In this document: positions 20,366-31,738 of the stretch, piece after piece | Numbering within the stretch: position 1 is the first letter of the stretch | Layout of the letters: the number at the start of each line of letters is the position of its first letter | DNA from: Chitinophagales bacterium | Lineage (GTDB): Bacteria; Bacteroidota; Bacteroidia; Chitinophagales; JAUHXS01 | DNA length: 64,000 bases | Assembly: GCA_965213575.1 (NCBI GenBank) | Contig: CBDBZN010000006.1 | Location: 1,698 to 65,697 of the forward strand | Reading direction: 5' to 3' | Notes under the pieces: model-generated | Told to the model about the DNA's origin: nothing | The model's input: the letters and a program-made list of their open reading frames with translations, nothing else | The model's database searches: none | Translations under genes and position numbers: made by a program

Positions 20366-22054
20366 CTATTTTATATCCTTAATATGTAATTGTAGCGACT
20401 TATTTCCATTCCATTCATTCTCCTCTAAAGTATAACACATTTCGAAGTTGCCACTTTTAACTATATTGTAGTAAGCTGACATGTTAAATCCTATTCCACT
20501 CATTTTTATATCTCTAGTTTGATAAACAGAGCATTTTAAATGTTTGTTTTTTATGACTTTTGACCAGCCGGTATCATATAGTTTTTTAGTCCTAAATACA
20601 GGTTTCATATTTTCCGGCCCGAATGGTGCAAATTGTTGTAAAATATTAAAAAAGGCAACTGTTATTTCAGTAAATTCTAAGTCTATGCTGATATCAATCT
20701 CCGGAGTAAGTTGTTCGGGTTTGATAGATGCAGCCACTACGTTTTCAAATTTTGTTTTAAACGCTTCAAAGTTTTCCGGCTTCATAGATAAGCCTGCTGC
20801 ATATTTATGGCCTCCATATTGCTCTAATAAATCTTCACAACACTTGATTGCTTCATGTACATTAAATCCTTTTACCGACCTTGCAGAACCTGTTAGCAGG
20901 CCATTAGATTTTGTTAAAACAATAGTTGGGCGGTGATATTTTTCTATCAACCTAGATGCAACAATGCCCACTACTCCTTTATGCCAATGCTCTCGAAAAA
21001 CTACACTGGCCTTTTTTCCTTGTAATTCTTCTTCTACAATTTTTAATGCTTCTTGAGTTATTTGCTCATCCGTTTCCTTTCGGCTGGTGTTGTGATTATT
21101 TAAAATATGAGCGTTATCATTTGCCAGCCCTTTTTCAGATAACAACAACTTAACCGCATCTTTAGCATCGCCCATTCTTCCTGCAGCATTGATTTTAGGA
21201 CCAACCTTAAAAACTAATTCTTCAATTGTTATATTATTTTTTTCTAACCCTGCCACTTCTAATAAAGATTGAATGCCGGGAAATGGATCATTTCTTAATT
21301 CCTCTAATCCGAAATAAGCTAAAGTTCTGTTTTCACCGGTAATCGGGACAATATCTGAGGCAATGCTAATGGCAACTAATTGCAATAAATCGGTTATGTT
21401 TTCTAAGGAAATATTATTTTTCTGAGCATATGCTTCCACCAATTTAAATCCGATACCGCATCCACTCAATTCTTTATAGGGATAAATACAATCCTCCCTT
21501 TTAGGATCAAGAACAGCATGAGCATTTGGCAAATCACTTCCCGGAAGGTGATGATCACAAATGATAAAATCTATATTATGTTGTTGGGCATATTCAATTT
21601 GTTGTAAGGCTTTAATGCCACAATCTAAAGCTATAATGAGAGAAACATTATGTTTGGCAGCATAATCTATACTTTGTATGGAGATACCATATCCTTCTTC
21701 ATAGCGATCAGGGATGTAATAATCTATATGTGCTGTGTATCTTGAAAAAAATGAATAGGCTAGCGCTACAGAAGTAGTGCCATCTACATCATAATCTCCA
21801 TAAATTAATATTTGTTCTTGATTTTTGATAGCCTTCTCTATTCTTAAAATTGCTTTATCCATATCCTTCATGAGAAATGGATCGTGTAAATGATCTAAAG
21901 ATGGCCGGAAGAATTGTTTAGCTTGTTCATAATTTTCAATGCCTCGTTGAACAAGTAATTCACATAAAAGGGGATGAATGTTTAAAGCAATTTGCAATTG
22001 TTGGACTTTAGATGAATCCGCAGGTTGCCTAGTCCATCTGTTATTTTTGATCAT
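20366..22054 (-). CDS. recJ: single-stranded-DNA-specific exonuclease RecJ
   Basis: 562 aa. DHH motifs (GDYDVDG, DCG, ICDHH) and a DHHA1 region (GGHKYAAG). Confidence 0.9.
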   Translation of the reverse strand: MIKNNRWTRQPADSSKVQQLQIALNIHPLLCELLVQRGIENYEQAKQFFRPSLDHLHDPFLMKDMDKAILRIEKAIKNQEQILIYGDYDVDGTTSVALAYSFFSRYTAHIDYYIPDRYEEGYGISIQSIDYAAKHNVSLIIALDCGIKALQQIEYAQQHNIDFIICDHHLPGSDLPNAHAVLDPKREDCIYPYKELSGCGIGFKLVEAYAQKNNISLENITDLLQLVAISIASDIVPITGENRTLAYFGLEELRNDPFPGIQSLLEVAGLEKNNITIEELVFKVGPKINAAGRMGDAKDAVKLLLSEKGLANDNAHILNNHNTSRKETDEQITQEALKIVEEELQGKKASVVFREHWHKGVVGIVASRLIEKYHRPTIVLTKSNGLLTGSARSVKGFNVHEAIKCCEDLLEQYGGHKYAAGLSMKPENFEAFKTKFENVVAASIKPEQLTPEIDISIDLEFTEITVAFFNILQQFAPFGPENMKPVFRTKKLYDTGWSKVIKNKHLKCSVYQTRDIKMSGIGFNMSAYYNIVKSGNFEMCYTLEENEWNGNKSLQLHIKDIK

Positions 22055-22096
22055 AGCTTTCAGTCTATAAATTAGCCAACTCCAACTTTGTTATAA

Positions 22097-22972
22097 CTAA
22101 AATTGGTAGGAGAATCCAATGGCAAGTACTTCTTTAAATTGAAGTCCAACTCCTTGAGTTTCGTCGCTTCTCGTCAAAATAATATCGTCATCATATATTA
22201 GATTGGTAGAAACTGTAGCAGATAAATATTTATTTACTTTCATCGCAATGAGCGTTTCCCAGTTTATATCAATATTTCCAAAGCTGTCCAGGTAATTTGT
22301 AAATAGGTCCAGCCTGGTTTTAACTTTTACATTTGTTAAAACTTCTTTTTCAAAATTAAATGATAGTGAGGTTCCAATCTCCGTTCTTACTGTTTTCCCG
22401 GAGTCTAGTCCAAAATCAGTTTCATCTACTTGCTCATCTAATATAAAAGTTAACTTTGCTGTTAAAGGAGAATAAAAGAGCGAAAAAGCCTCAGTAGGCT
22501 TAAAATCAAATCCTAAAGGTAGCAGTAAATATGCAGGCGACATAAAACTTGTTATATAATCAGTAGAAGTAGAATCTTCATAATCGTAACCGGGTGCTAT
22601 TTGTGTCTTAAAGTTTGCCATAAACGTGAGGTATAACTTTTCGCGAAGCTTTCTTCCAACTTTAGAAACTACTCGAAGATTATCATCATTCTTCCTAAAG
22701 GTTTCAAAACTTTCTGTGTTCACTAAACCATAGGAGAGGTCAAAAGAATTTTCCCACCAGATTTTATTTTTGTTATAATTTCCAAATAAACTGACCACTC
22801 CGTTCAACGCTAAGGCATCTTCCCCTCCGGCTGTCCAATTAGAAAGTTTAGCTTGATTAATATTTAATGAAATTACGCCGCCTGCTTTCCATGCGGTATC
22901 CTCATTATTTTGTGTCCATCCTGTTAGGTGAAGGATGCTTAATAAAAAGATAGTGGTAATAATTTTCATCAT
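22097..22972 (-). CDS. DUF3078-like outer-membrane beta-barrel protein
   Basis: Internal start MMKIITTIFLL gives a signal peptide and removes the overlap with the upstream MscS gene. WKAGGVISLNINQAKLSNWTAGGEDA resembles the DUF3078 signature. C-terminal ...GFSYQF. Confidence 0.55.
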   Translation of the reverse strand: MMKIITTIFLLSILHLTGWTQNNEDTAWKAGGVISLNINQAKLSNWTAGGEDALALNGVVSLFGNYNKNKIWWENSFDLSYGLVNTESFETFRKNDDNLRVVSKVGRKLREKLYLTFMANFKTQIAPGYDYEDSTSTDYITSFMSPAYLLLPLGFDFKPTEAFSLFYSPLTAKLTFILDEQVDETDFGLDSGKTVRTEIGTSLSFNFEKEVLTNVKVKTRLDLFTNYLDSFGNIDINWETLIAMKVNKYLSATVSTNLIYDDDIILTRSDETQGVGLQFKEVLAIGFSYQF

Positions 22973-22982
22973 AATCTCTTTT

Positions 22983-23807
22983 TTAATTATTATAGACATG
23001 TATATCTCTTTGAGGAAACGGAATAGAAATATTTTCTTGATCAAATGTTTTTTTGACATTTTCGGTCATTAGATACTTTACCGGCCAATAGTCTACTGAA
23101 TTTACCCAGGTTTTAACGGCAAAATTTACGGAACTGTCTGCTAACTCTGATACCACAATTTGCGGTTCGGGCTCTTTAAGGATTCGTTCTTCTTTATCAA
23201 TCAAGCTTTGTAATACATTTCTTGCTTTATCAATATCATCACCATAACCGATGCTAAATGTAAAATCGATTCTCCTTGTGGATTCGGTAGAATAATTGAT
23301 CACCGAACCTGTTGAAAGCGGGCCATTTGGAATAATGATCGTTTTATTATCCGGAGTTTTAAGAATGGTATGAAAGATCTCGATTTCTGTAACAGTGCCT
23401 GAAAAACCTTGAGATTCAATGAAATCGCCAACTTTAAATGGTTTTAAGAGCAAAAGGACTACGCCACCTGCAAAATTTTTCAACGTGCCGGAAAGCGCCA
23501 TGCCTATTGCTAAACCTGCTGCACCTAGTATAGCGATGAAGGAAGTCATGGCAATACCAATCATATCCATTACGGCTATAGCTAGCAAAACTTTTAATAA
23601 TCCGGAAATGAAGCTTCTAAGAAAAGTGGTTAAAGAAGGGTTTACATTTCTTTTAACCATTATTTTTCCAATAGCTGTAGCGAGGATCTTAATAAACCAC
23701 AAACCTACTATTAATAAGACAATACCGCCTACAAACTTTGGCCCATATTCTATTACTATTTCTACAAAATGATCTTTGTATTGATCAATTTTATCTATGC
23801 TTTTCAT
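22983..23807 (-). CDS. small-conductance mechanosensitive channel (MscS family)
   Basis: 274 aa. Three N-terminal TM helices followed by the conserved FKVGDFI...G.V..I....T block. Confidence 0.85.
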   Translation of the reverse strand: MKSIDKIDQYKDHFVEIVIEYGPKFVGGIVLLIVGLWFIKILATAIGKIMVKRNVNPSLTTFLRSFISGLLKVLLAIAVMDMIGIAMTSFIAILGAAGLAIGMALSGTLKNFAGGVVLLLLKPFKVGDFIESQGFSGTVTEIEIFHTILKTPDNKTIIIPNGPLSTGSVINYSTESTRRIDFTFSIGYGDDIDKARNVLQSLIDKEERILKEPEPQIVVSELADSSVNFAVKTWVNSVDYWPVKYLMTENVKKTFDQENISIPFPQRDIHVYNN

Positions 23808-23903
23808 GTATATATTTTATCTCCAGAATAAGTTGCAAGCAAAAATAACAATAGAATCGGGTTAATGAAAATCTCTGAAAAGAAGAAGTTTTATAGAGTA
23901 GAA

Positions 23904-25523
23904 TCAATATAACTTTAAATCTTTAAAAGCCCGATAGAAAATTTTAGTTTCAGGCAAAGCTTCGCGTATTTCCTCCACTTCATAATCTTCTATAAAATTG
24001 TAGCTGATGTCGAGGTCGTCTAATTCAATGAGTTTTTTGAGCCGCGGGGTCTCTACTTGAAAATTAAGCCTAGGGTTAAAACTTATATTTAAACTTTTAA
24101 GGCTATCCATCTCTGTAATGCATGCCGGCAAAGTATTTATTTCATTAATTTTTAAATTAAGAATCTCTAATCTATCCAACTCACAAAAACTTTCAGGGAG
24201 CTTATCTAACAGATTATCTCTAAGATATAGTTCTTTTAAATTTTTTAGCTCTCCAAAATTTGCAGGTAATTGTTCTATTATCTGATCATTTAAGCTGAGT
24301 ACTTTTAAGTTCTTAAGTGCCGCAATACTTGCCGGTATATTGCTTATTTTAAACAAATAAGTTTTAAAATAATCCCCATTTACTTGTAACTCTTCTAAAT
24401 TTTTTAGCTCTCCAATCCAATCGGGCAGCTTGCTTATTCCATTCCAACTAAGGTCTAATGTTTTAAGCTGAGTTAATTCTTGGATTCCTTTAGGAAAAGC
24501 TTCCAGTTTATTCCAACTTATTAGTAAGGTTTCCAGATTTTTTAAGTTACTGATACCTGATGGCAGTTTTTCAAGATTATTTCCTCTTAAATCAAGTATT
24601 TTCAGCTTACTTAAGTTTTTTATACTAGCGGGCAAAGCAGCCAACTCATTCATGTTAGTTCCAATATATATGAAGCTCAGGTCAAGCAGCTCCAGGTTTT
24701 TTAATTCGCCAATCTTAGATGATAATGTTTTTATCTGATTACCTTTTAAATGCAGTTCTTTTAAATTTTGCAAACCACCTACTTCATCAGGTATGGCTTG
24801 TAAGTCGCATTCATTTAGTATTAAGACCGTTAAATTGGGCAGTTGTTCCAGAGAACTAAAAACAGCCGCAGCATTGATCCGCTTATTACTCGTTAAGTCT
24901 AAATATTCCAGACTTTCTATTGCGTTTAAAGACTTCGGAATACTGCTTAAGTTATTATATTTAAAGTTTAGCACTTTTAACTTGGGGAAGTTATACTGCT
25001 CAGGCAAGCTTGTCATCTGACAGAACGATACATCTAAAAATTCCAAATTGAGAACTTTTGATAGTTCTTCATATATCTCTTTATCTGCTAATAAAACATT
25101 GTGTTTTAGGTCTATTTTTTTAAGTTTTCCCAATTGGCTTATGGTGGAAGGAATACTCCTGAACATATTATCTCGTAAATACAATTCTTCTAAATTATTT
25201 AAATTTCCTATTTCTTTAGGCAACACGGTATATTTGCCCCAGCTTAAGTGAAGGACTTTTAGTTTCGGAAGTTGTGACAATAATACGATAGCGCTATCCA
25301 GATCTAACTCTCTACATTTAAAAAAATGCACTTCTTCTAAATTTTTGAATTGGGTAAAGCTTTTAGGCAGCCATTTAATGTCTTGATAGGATAATTTTAG
25401 AATCGTCACATCACTTGGATTGGCTAATGCTTCACTTAAGTTAGTATAGATTTTACTTTCCTCAGCAAGACCCTGTAAAGCTATTCCTAAAGTAATGTAG
25501 AGCAGTAAAACTAATTTTTTCAT
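23904..25523 (-). CDS. secreted leucine-rich repeat (LRR) protein
   Basis: 539 aa. Signal peptide followed by about 20 consecutive 23-aa LxxLxxLxLxxNxL repeats (e.g. LKNLEELYLRDNMFRSIPSTISQ). Confidence 0.85.
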   Translation of the reverse strand: MKKLVLLLYITLGIALQGLAEESKIYTNLSEALANPSDVTILKLSYQDIKWLPKSFTQFKNLEEVHFFKCRELDLDSAIVLLSQLPKLKVLHLSWGKYTVLPKEIGNLNNLEELYLRDNMFRSIPSTISQLGKLKKIDLKHNVLLADKEIYEELSKVLNLEFLDVSFCQMTSLPEQYNFPKLKVLNFKYNNLSSIPKSLNAIESLEYLDLTSNKRINAAAVFSSLEQLPNLTVLILNECDLQAIPDEVGGLQNLKELHLKGNQIKTLSSKIGELKNLELLDLSFIYIGTNMNELAALPASIKNLSKLKILDLRGNNLEKLPSGISNLKNLETLLISWNKLEAFPKGIQELTQLKTLDLSWNGISKLPDWIGELKNLEELQVNGDYFKTYLFKISNIPASIAALKNLKVLSLNDQIIEQLPANFGELKNLKELYLRDNLLDKLPESFCELDRLEILNLKINEINTLPACITEMDSLKSLNISFNPRLNFQVETPRLKKLIELDDLDISYNFIEDYEVEEIREALPETKIFYRAFKDLKLY

Positions 25524-25615
25524 TTTTATGTGCTTTTAGATAAGTTGTTTAAAGTTAAAAAATTAGTCCGGAAGAACTTTAAACTTATAACTTTATACTT
25601 CAAAATCTAATTCCA

Positions 25616-26830
25616 TTGAAAAACATTTTAGTCATAACTTATTGGAGTTACAAAGATGCCTTAGTACAAGCTTATACGCTACCTTATTTAAAGATAATCA
25701 ATAAAAATTTGCCTAAAAACAGCACAATTCATCTCGTCACTTTAGAGCAACCATTGTATCAAAATGCCAAAGAAGAAAAAGAACAGATAAAAAGATATCT
25801 AGCGGAACATAATATTATTTGGCATCCTTTTAAATATAAGAAATTTAGTTTCTCTGCTATGCTGTACGGAACGTATATGCTTTACGAGCTCATCATGCTA
25901 TGCAAAGAAAAACGCATTCAAGCCATCCACACTTGGTGTACACCGGCCGGCGCTATTGGATACATTTTATCTAAACTGACAGGTATTGATTTGATATTAG
26001 ACAGTTATGAACCTCACGCTGATCTAATGCAAGAATCAGGCACATGGGGAAAAGACAGTATTGCGTATCAATTGTTATTTGAGTTAGAAAAAAAGCAAAC
26101 TAAAAGAGCTAAGCACATTATAGGATGTGTGGAAAGTGTTAAGCAATATGCTTTGGAGAAATATAAGGTTCGCATTGAAAATTTTTCTACCCGGCCGGCG
26201 TGTGTCGACTTACAGCAATTTGATTATAAAATAGAAAAAGACGAAAATTTAATTGAGGCACTTGGTTTAAAAGATAAACTCGTGTGCTTATATGTCGGGA
26301 AATTCGGTGGCTCCTATTTGGAACAAGAAGTATTTGATTTCTTTAGAGTGACGCATATTTATTGGAAAGATAAAATACGGTTTTTGCTTTTAAGTGATAT
26401 TGAGGATGAAAAATTGAATGAGTTGATTTTAAAGTCTGACTTAGACAAAAGACTTTTCATTAAAGAACACGTACCGCATGATGAAGTGCCAAAATATATG
26501 AGATTGGGAGATTTTGCCATAAGCCCTTACGTGCCCATTCCTTCGAAAAGATATGGCACACCCATCAAAAACGGTGAATACTGGGCAATGGGTTTACCGG
26601 TCGTTATTACGCCAAATATATCCGATGATTCTCAAATTATAACAAATTATCAAATTGGTGCTGTTTTAAACGGATTAAATCCTAAGGCATATTTAGAAGC
26701 AGTTATTACCATTGATCGTTTATTATCAAATGACAGAGCGCAACTGGCTGAAAAGATCAGAAATATTGCTCAAAAATATAGAAGCTTTAAAATTGCAGAA
26801 AAGGTTTATCAAAGTTTGTATAAAGACTAA
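25616..26830 (+). CDS. GT-B fold glycosyltransferase (group 1-like)
   Basis: 404 aa, TTG start. The C-terminal half has the GT4-like pattern ...GKFGG...PSKRYGTPIKNGEYWAMGLPVV. Weak, pattern-level call. Confidence 0.5.
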   Translation: MKNILVITYWSYKDALVQAYTLPYLKIINKNLPKNSTIHLVTLEQPLYQNAKEEKEQIKRYLAEHNIIWHPFKYKKFSFSAMLYGTYMLYELIMLCKEKRIQAIHTWCTPAGAIGYILSKLTGIDLILDSYEPHADLMQESGTWGKDSIAYQLLFELEKKQTKRAKHIIGCVESVKQYALEKYKVRIENFSTRPACVDLQQFDYKIEKDENLIEALGLKDKLVCLYVGKFGGSYLEQEVFDFFRVTHIYWKDKIRFLLLSDIEDEKLNELILKSDLDKRLFIKEHVPHDEVPKYMRLGDFAISPYVPIPSKRYGTPIKNGEYWAMGLPVVITPNISDDSQIITNYQIGAVLNGLNPKAYLEAVITIDRLLSNDRAQLAEKIRNIAQKYRSFKIAEKVYQSLYKD

Positions 26831-26846
26831 CTAATTCACTCTTTAT

Positions 26847-27626
26847 TTAATCATTTTTACAAGAGGCCGCCCCTGCTTTAACTTTTGCATTTAAAATTTG
26901 TTTATTATATGCTAAATCAGCGGCACTATAATTTTCAGGATGCCAGAGGTGATAAACTACTGCTTTATATTTAAGCGATTTTAATTCGCAACCGATTTTA
27001 CGAAGCCGCCATTCGATATCCACATCTTCTCCATATCCTGCTTTTATATAATCTTCATCAAAACCGTTAACTTCCATTAAATGCTCTTTTAATATTCCCC
27101 AATTGCACCCCCAAAACCCATGATGCTTTTTTGTGAAAATTGGTAACCATGGCAAGTACAAGGCATTTTCTATTTTTTTGCTTCCGTAAAATAAAAGTTT
27201 AAGCAAATTAGGGATAGGGCTAAATTTATTAGTCAACATTCTTTCCGTTAATTTCTGCGAAAGCATAACCCTTCTTCCAAAAAGAATTTTTTTAGCAGCT
27301 ATGTGTTTGACATACTCTTTTACTAAATGCTTATGTGGGATACAATCTCCATCCAAAAAAATGATTAATTCGCCTGCTGCAACGCGTAAAGCATTATTAA
27401 GGGATTTATTTTTTCTAAAACCTTCATCGGACTGATTGGTATGTCTTACTACAAACTTAGCTGTAGCAGCATACTCAGCAATAAAAGATTGAGCAGATAA
27501 ATCATTATTATCTTCTGCTACGATTACTTCAAAGTTTTGATAAGTCTGCTTTTCTAACGCTTTTAATATTAAAGCTAAAAAATCAAGCCTGTTATAAATA
27601 GGAAGAATTATAGAAACAGTTGTCAT
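26847..27626 (-). CDS. glycosyltransferase family 2
   Basis: 259 aa. VSIILPIYNR...EVIVAEDN...FLDGDC (DxD) motifs. C-terminal FDEDYxGYGxEDxD block as in GT2/GalT-like enzymes. Confidence 0.8.
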   Translation of the reverse strand: MTTVSIILPIYNRLDFLALILKALEKQTYQNFEVIVAEDNNDLSAQSFIAEYAATAKFVVRHTNQSDEGFRKNKSLNNALRVAAGELIIFLDGDCIPHKHLVKEYVKHIAAKKILFGRRVMLSQKLTERMLTNKFSPIPNLLKLLFYGSKKIENALYLPWLPIFTKKHHGFWGCNWGILKEHLMEVNGFDEDYIKAGYGEDVDIEWRLRKIGCELKSLKYKAVVYHLWHPENYSAADLAYNKQILNAKVKAGAASCKND

Positions 27627-27740
27627 CGTTTGCTAAGATAAAATAATTTTAAAATCGATCAACACCGTATTAGTTTCCCATCACTCATCAGATAATTAGT
27701 AAGTATTTTAGGAATAACCTACCTTTACCCACCGTTAATT

Positions 27741-29078
27741 ATGGATTATAAAGATTTTATATTAACACCTTTTGTGTTGCTGTTAATATATGCTATTGCG
27801 TATATAATAAGATCTACTATCAGCAAAGACAATCCTAGAAGAAAATATTTCATCCCCGGCCTTTCTGTGCGAATTATTGGAGCTATTGCTACAGGATTAA
27901 TATATAAATTTTATTATAAAGGGGGAGATACATTCACTTTTTACCAGGGAACAGAAATTATTTGGAAAGCCTTTTTAGAAGATCCGTGGGTGGCACTAAA
28001 AATTATTTTTGGAGAAACTAATAGTTATTCCCAAGATACGTTTCGGTACACCCAATATATTTGGACATATAGAGATCCGGGCAGCTTTATGGTAGTGCGT
28101 ATTGCTTCGTTTATCGGTTTGTTTTGTTTTAATACTTATTCTGTTATTTCTTTGACATTTGCCGTATTTTCTTTCATTGGAACCTGGAACTTGTATAAAG
28201 TATTTACATCTATCATGCCTGATATGCATAAAGAATTTGCTATTGCTATACTTTTTCTTCCCTCAGTATTTTTTTGGGGTTCCGGATTATTTAAAGATAC
28301 GATCACTTATACTTGCTTGGCCTGGCTTACTTATTCGATATATATGATTTTTATAAAAAAATCGAATATAATTTCTAATTCTATTGCCTTATTAATTTGC
28401 AGCTATTTTATAATGGTAATTAAAACATATATTTTACTTAGTTTTTTACCTCCGGTTATGTTTTGGATATTTCTTCATTATAAAGGAAGCTTGCCTTCTA
28501 AATTTTTACAGCGAATGATCACGCCTATGTTGATCCTCTTTTCAGTCGGCATCAGTTATTTACTCATTAATCAGTTAGGAGAAGAATTTGAACGCTACTC
28601 TTTAACAAATATCTTAGATAGTGCTTCTTCTATGCAGCGATGGCACAGTTATGTTTCCAGAAATGATCAAGGCGCAGGATATGATTTGGGAATAAATTCC
28701 GGTAATCCTATGGAAATACTCAGTATTATTCCATCAGCCATAAATGTGACGCTATTTAGGCCCTATTTATGGGAAATAAGAAATGTAGTAATGTTATTAA
28801 CCGCATTAGAAAGTATATTTATTCTTGGATTAACCTTATTTGTATTGATAAAATGTAAGTTTTTAGGGTTTTTTAAAATTATATTATCTGACCCAGTAAT
28901 TTTATTTTGTATACTCTTTACCTTGGTTTTTGCTTTTGCAGTAGGTTTTTCAACTTATAATTTTGGTGCATTAGCGAGATATAAAATTCCATGCCTGCCA
29001 TTTTATGTAGCAGGATTATACATAATTTATTATAAAAGAAAAGTCTATGTAAGGCTACAAAAACACAATGTAAGTTGA
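27741..29078 (+). CDS. polytopic membrane protein of unknown function, in a glycosyltransferase neighbourhood
   Basis: 445 aa with at least 10 hydrophobic helices. No recognisable catalytic motif. The context suggests a polymerase- or flippase-like role, but that is inference only. Confidence 0.45.
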   Translation: MDYKDFILTPFVLLLIYAIAYIIRSTISKDNPRRKYFIPGLSVRIIGAIATGLIYKFYYKGGDTFTFYQGTEIIWKAFLEDPWVALKIIFGETNSYSQDTFRYTQYIWTYRDPGSFMVVRIASFIGLFCFNTYSVISLTFAVFSFIGTWNLYKVFTSIMPDMHKEFAIAILFLPSVFFWGSGLFKDTITYTCLAWLTYSIYMIFIKKSNIISNSIALLICSYFIMVIKTYILLSFLPPVMFWIFLHYKGSLPSKFLQRMITPMLILFSVGISYLLINQLGEEFERYSLTNILDSASSMQRWHSYVSRNDQGAGYDLGINSGNPMEILSIIPSAINVTLFRPYLWEIRNVVMLLTALESIFILGLTLFVLIKCKFLGFFKIILSDPVILFCILFTLVFAFAVGFSTYNFGALARYKIPCLPFYVAGLYIIYYKRKVYVRLQKHNVS

Positions 29079-29845
29079 CAAGGTACTTTATAGAAATCGC
29101 TTATCAAGGAACGGCTTATAACGGACTGCAAGTGCAAAATAATGCTACTTCCGTACAAGGAATTATTGATAATGCCTTATCCGTAGTATTAAATGATCCG
29201 CTAAAAACAGTTTGTGCAAGCAGAACAGATAAAGGAGTGCATGCCAGGCAAAATTATCTACATTTTGATACGCCCATATTAATAGATAAGATCACTCATT
29301 ATAATATTAATAATGTTTTGCCTGCCGATATACAAATTAAACGATTTATTAAAGTAGCAGAAGATGCGCATAGCCGATTTGATGCTACTTCCAGAAGTTA
29401 TGAATACCATATTCATTTTATTAAAAATCCGTTTTTAGAGAAATTAAGCCATCGCTATAGATATGGGAAATTAGATATTATAAAAATGAATGAGGCTGCC
29501 GAGATTTTACTTTTACAAAATGATTTTACTTCTTTTTGTCGTCCCAAAACAGATGTTAAAACTAAAGTATGTAACATTACTTATGCAAAATGGAAGCCGG
29601 AAGAAAAACTATTTTTAGGTGAACGAGGTTGTATAGTTTTTTATATTACAGCTGATCGCTTTTTAAGAGGTATGGTAAGGGCTATTGTCGGCACTTTAAT
29701 TAAAGTAGGAAAAGGTGAAATGAACAAAAAAGAATTTGAAGAAGTTATTAAAAATAAAGATCAGCAAATGGCAGATTTTTCTCCACCTCCTCAAGGATTG
29801 TATTTAGTTAATATAGCTTATCCTTATATTGAAAATGGCAAATAG
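29075..29845 (+). CDS. truA: tRNA pseudouridine(38-40) synthase TruA
   Basis: 256 aa, TTG start. YxGxxYxGxQxQ N-terminus and the catalytic RTDKGVHA motif. Confidence 0.85.
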   Translation: MTRYFIEIAYQGTAYNGLQVQNNATSVQGIIDNALSVVLNDPLKTVCASRTDKGVHARQNYLHFDTPILIDKITHYNINNVLPADIQIKRFIKVAEDAHSRFDATSRSYEYHIHFIKNPFLEKLSHRYRYGKLDIIKMNEAAEILLLQNDFTSFCRPKTDVKTKVCNITYAKWKPEEKLFLGERGCIVFYITADRFLRGMVRAIVGTLIKVGKGEMNKKEFEEVIKNKDQQMADFSPPPQGLYLVNIAYPYIENGK

Positions 29846-31629
29846 TAAAGTTGGGAATGTAATTGATTTGTCTCTATTCAGAAGGGTTTTAGCATTAGCT
29901 ACTCCTTTCAAAAGTCAGTTTATTTCTTCGGTAGTGCTAGCGCTTTTAATAGCATTTATAACGCCTGCCAGGCCATGGCTTATACAAAAAACAATAGATG
30001 AATACATTGCTTTTTACAATGTATCCGGGTTAATAAAAATGTCCCTTATCATGATCGGATTATTATTAATCGAATCTGTTTTTAGGTATTATTTTTCTTA
30101 TATCACGAGTTGGATCGGACAGTCCATTATTAAAAATTTAAGAGTTAATATTTACCAGCATATTCTGGGTTTGAAGCTGCAATATTTTGACAAAACGCCT
30201 ATTGGAGCTTCTACTACCAGAACGATCAACGATACAGAAGCTATTAATGATACGTTTTCTCAAGGCATTATTGACATTTTTGCAGATATGATAACGCTAA
30301 TTGTTGTTATTGCCATTATGCTTTATACCGATGTTAGGCTGACCTTGATCAGCTTATCTGTATTGCCACTCATGATCATTTCAACCTATATTTTTAAAGA
30401 AAAAGTCAAAACGGCATTTAAAATTGTTAGAGAGCAAATATCTAGATTAAATGCTTTTGTGCAAGAGCATTTAGCCGGCGTAAGTATTGTTCAAATTTTT
30501 AATGCCCAAGATAGAGAGTATGAAAAGTTTAAGGAAATTAACAAAAAACACTTAGATGCGAATGTGAATACTGTTTTTTACTATTCTGTTTTTTTTCCGG
30601 TGGTAGAAATAGTATTAGCTGCTTCTCTAGGTTTATTAATATGGCAAGGGACTAATAAAGTTTTAGATGGGCAAACAACACTCGGTACTTTAATAGCTTT
30701 TATCTTATATCTCAATATGCTTTTTAGGCCCATTCGGCTCTTAGCTGATAAATTTAACACGTTGCAAATGGGTTTAGTAGCTGCTGATCGTGTTTTTACA
30801 ATCTTAGACACAGATGAACACATTGAAAATGTCGGAAAGATCTCCGCTTCGAACATTAAAGGAAATATTCAATTTGTAAAAGTAAATTTTGCTTATATCA
30901 ATAATGATTATGTATTAAAAGATGTTTCTTTTGAGATTAAAGAGGGAGAAGCACTAGCCATTGTCGGGTCAACCGGGTCGGGTAAAACTACCATCATCAA
31001 TATTTTAAATAGATTTTATGAAATAAATAATGGTACCATCAAAATTGATGGTGTAGCTATCAATAAGTATGATCTATATTCTTTGAGAAGTAATATTAGT
31101 TTAGTGCTGCAAGACGTATTTTTATTTTCAGGTTCTATATTAGATAATATTACTTTAAAAAATGAAAAGATCACCAAAGAAGAAGTAAGTAAAGCTGCTG
31201 AAATGATCGGTGCGGACAGGTTTATCAACCGGCTGCCCGGTAAATACAATTATCAAGTGATGGAAAGAGGCGCTACGCTTTCGGTCGGACAACGGCAATT
31301 AATTTCTTTTCTTCGAGCAATGGTATTTAACCCGCGAATATTAATTTTTAGATGAAGCTACTTCTTCCATTGACGGAGAATCTGAAAAGATGATACAAAA
31401 AGCAGTAGATATGTTAGTACAGGGTAGGACGTCTATTATCATTGCCCACCGTTTGTCAACAATCGAGAAGGCAGATAAAATCTTAGTGCTCGACAAAGGA
31501 AAAGTAAAAGAAATGGGTTCTCATGAAGAGTTAATTGATCAAAAAGGTGCATATTATGACCTATATCAACATCAATTTATTGAAATGTCAGCAGCGGATA
31601 AACTAAAAAGCGATAATTTCGTTAATTAA
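29835..31629 (+). pseudogene. MsbA-like ABC exporter (fused permease/ATPase) interrupted by a +1 frameshift at Walker B
   Basis: Track ORFs 29829..31355 and 31390..31629 are two parts of one ABC gene (Walker A GSTGSGKTT, signature LSVGQRQ). At the T5 run 31345..31349 the frame reads ...RILIFR*. Removing one T restores [25 protein letters not shown], the canonical Walker B/D-loop. Confidence 0.8.
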
Positions 31630-31738
31630 CTAATGACAGTTGATAGGAAATTTTTTGAATAAATATCTCCTTAAACTACTAGCATAGTATATTGATGGCC
31701 TTATAATTAAAAATTAATCATTCAAAATTTAAACTTTC

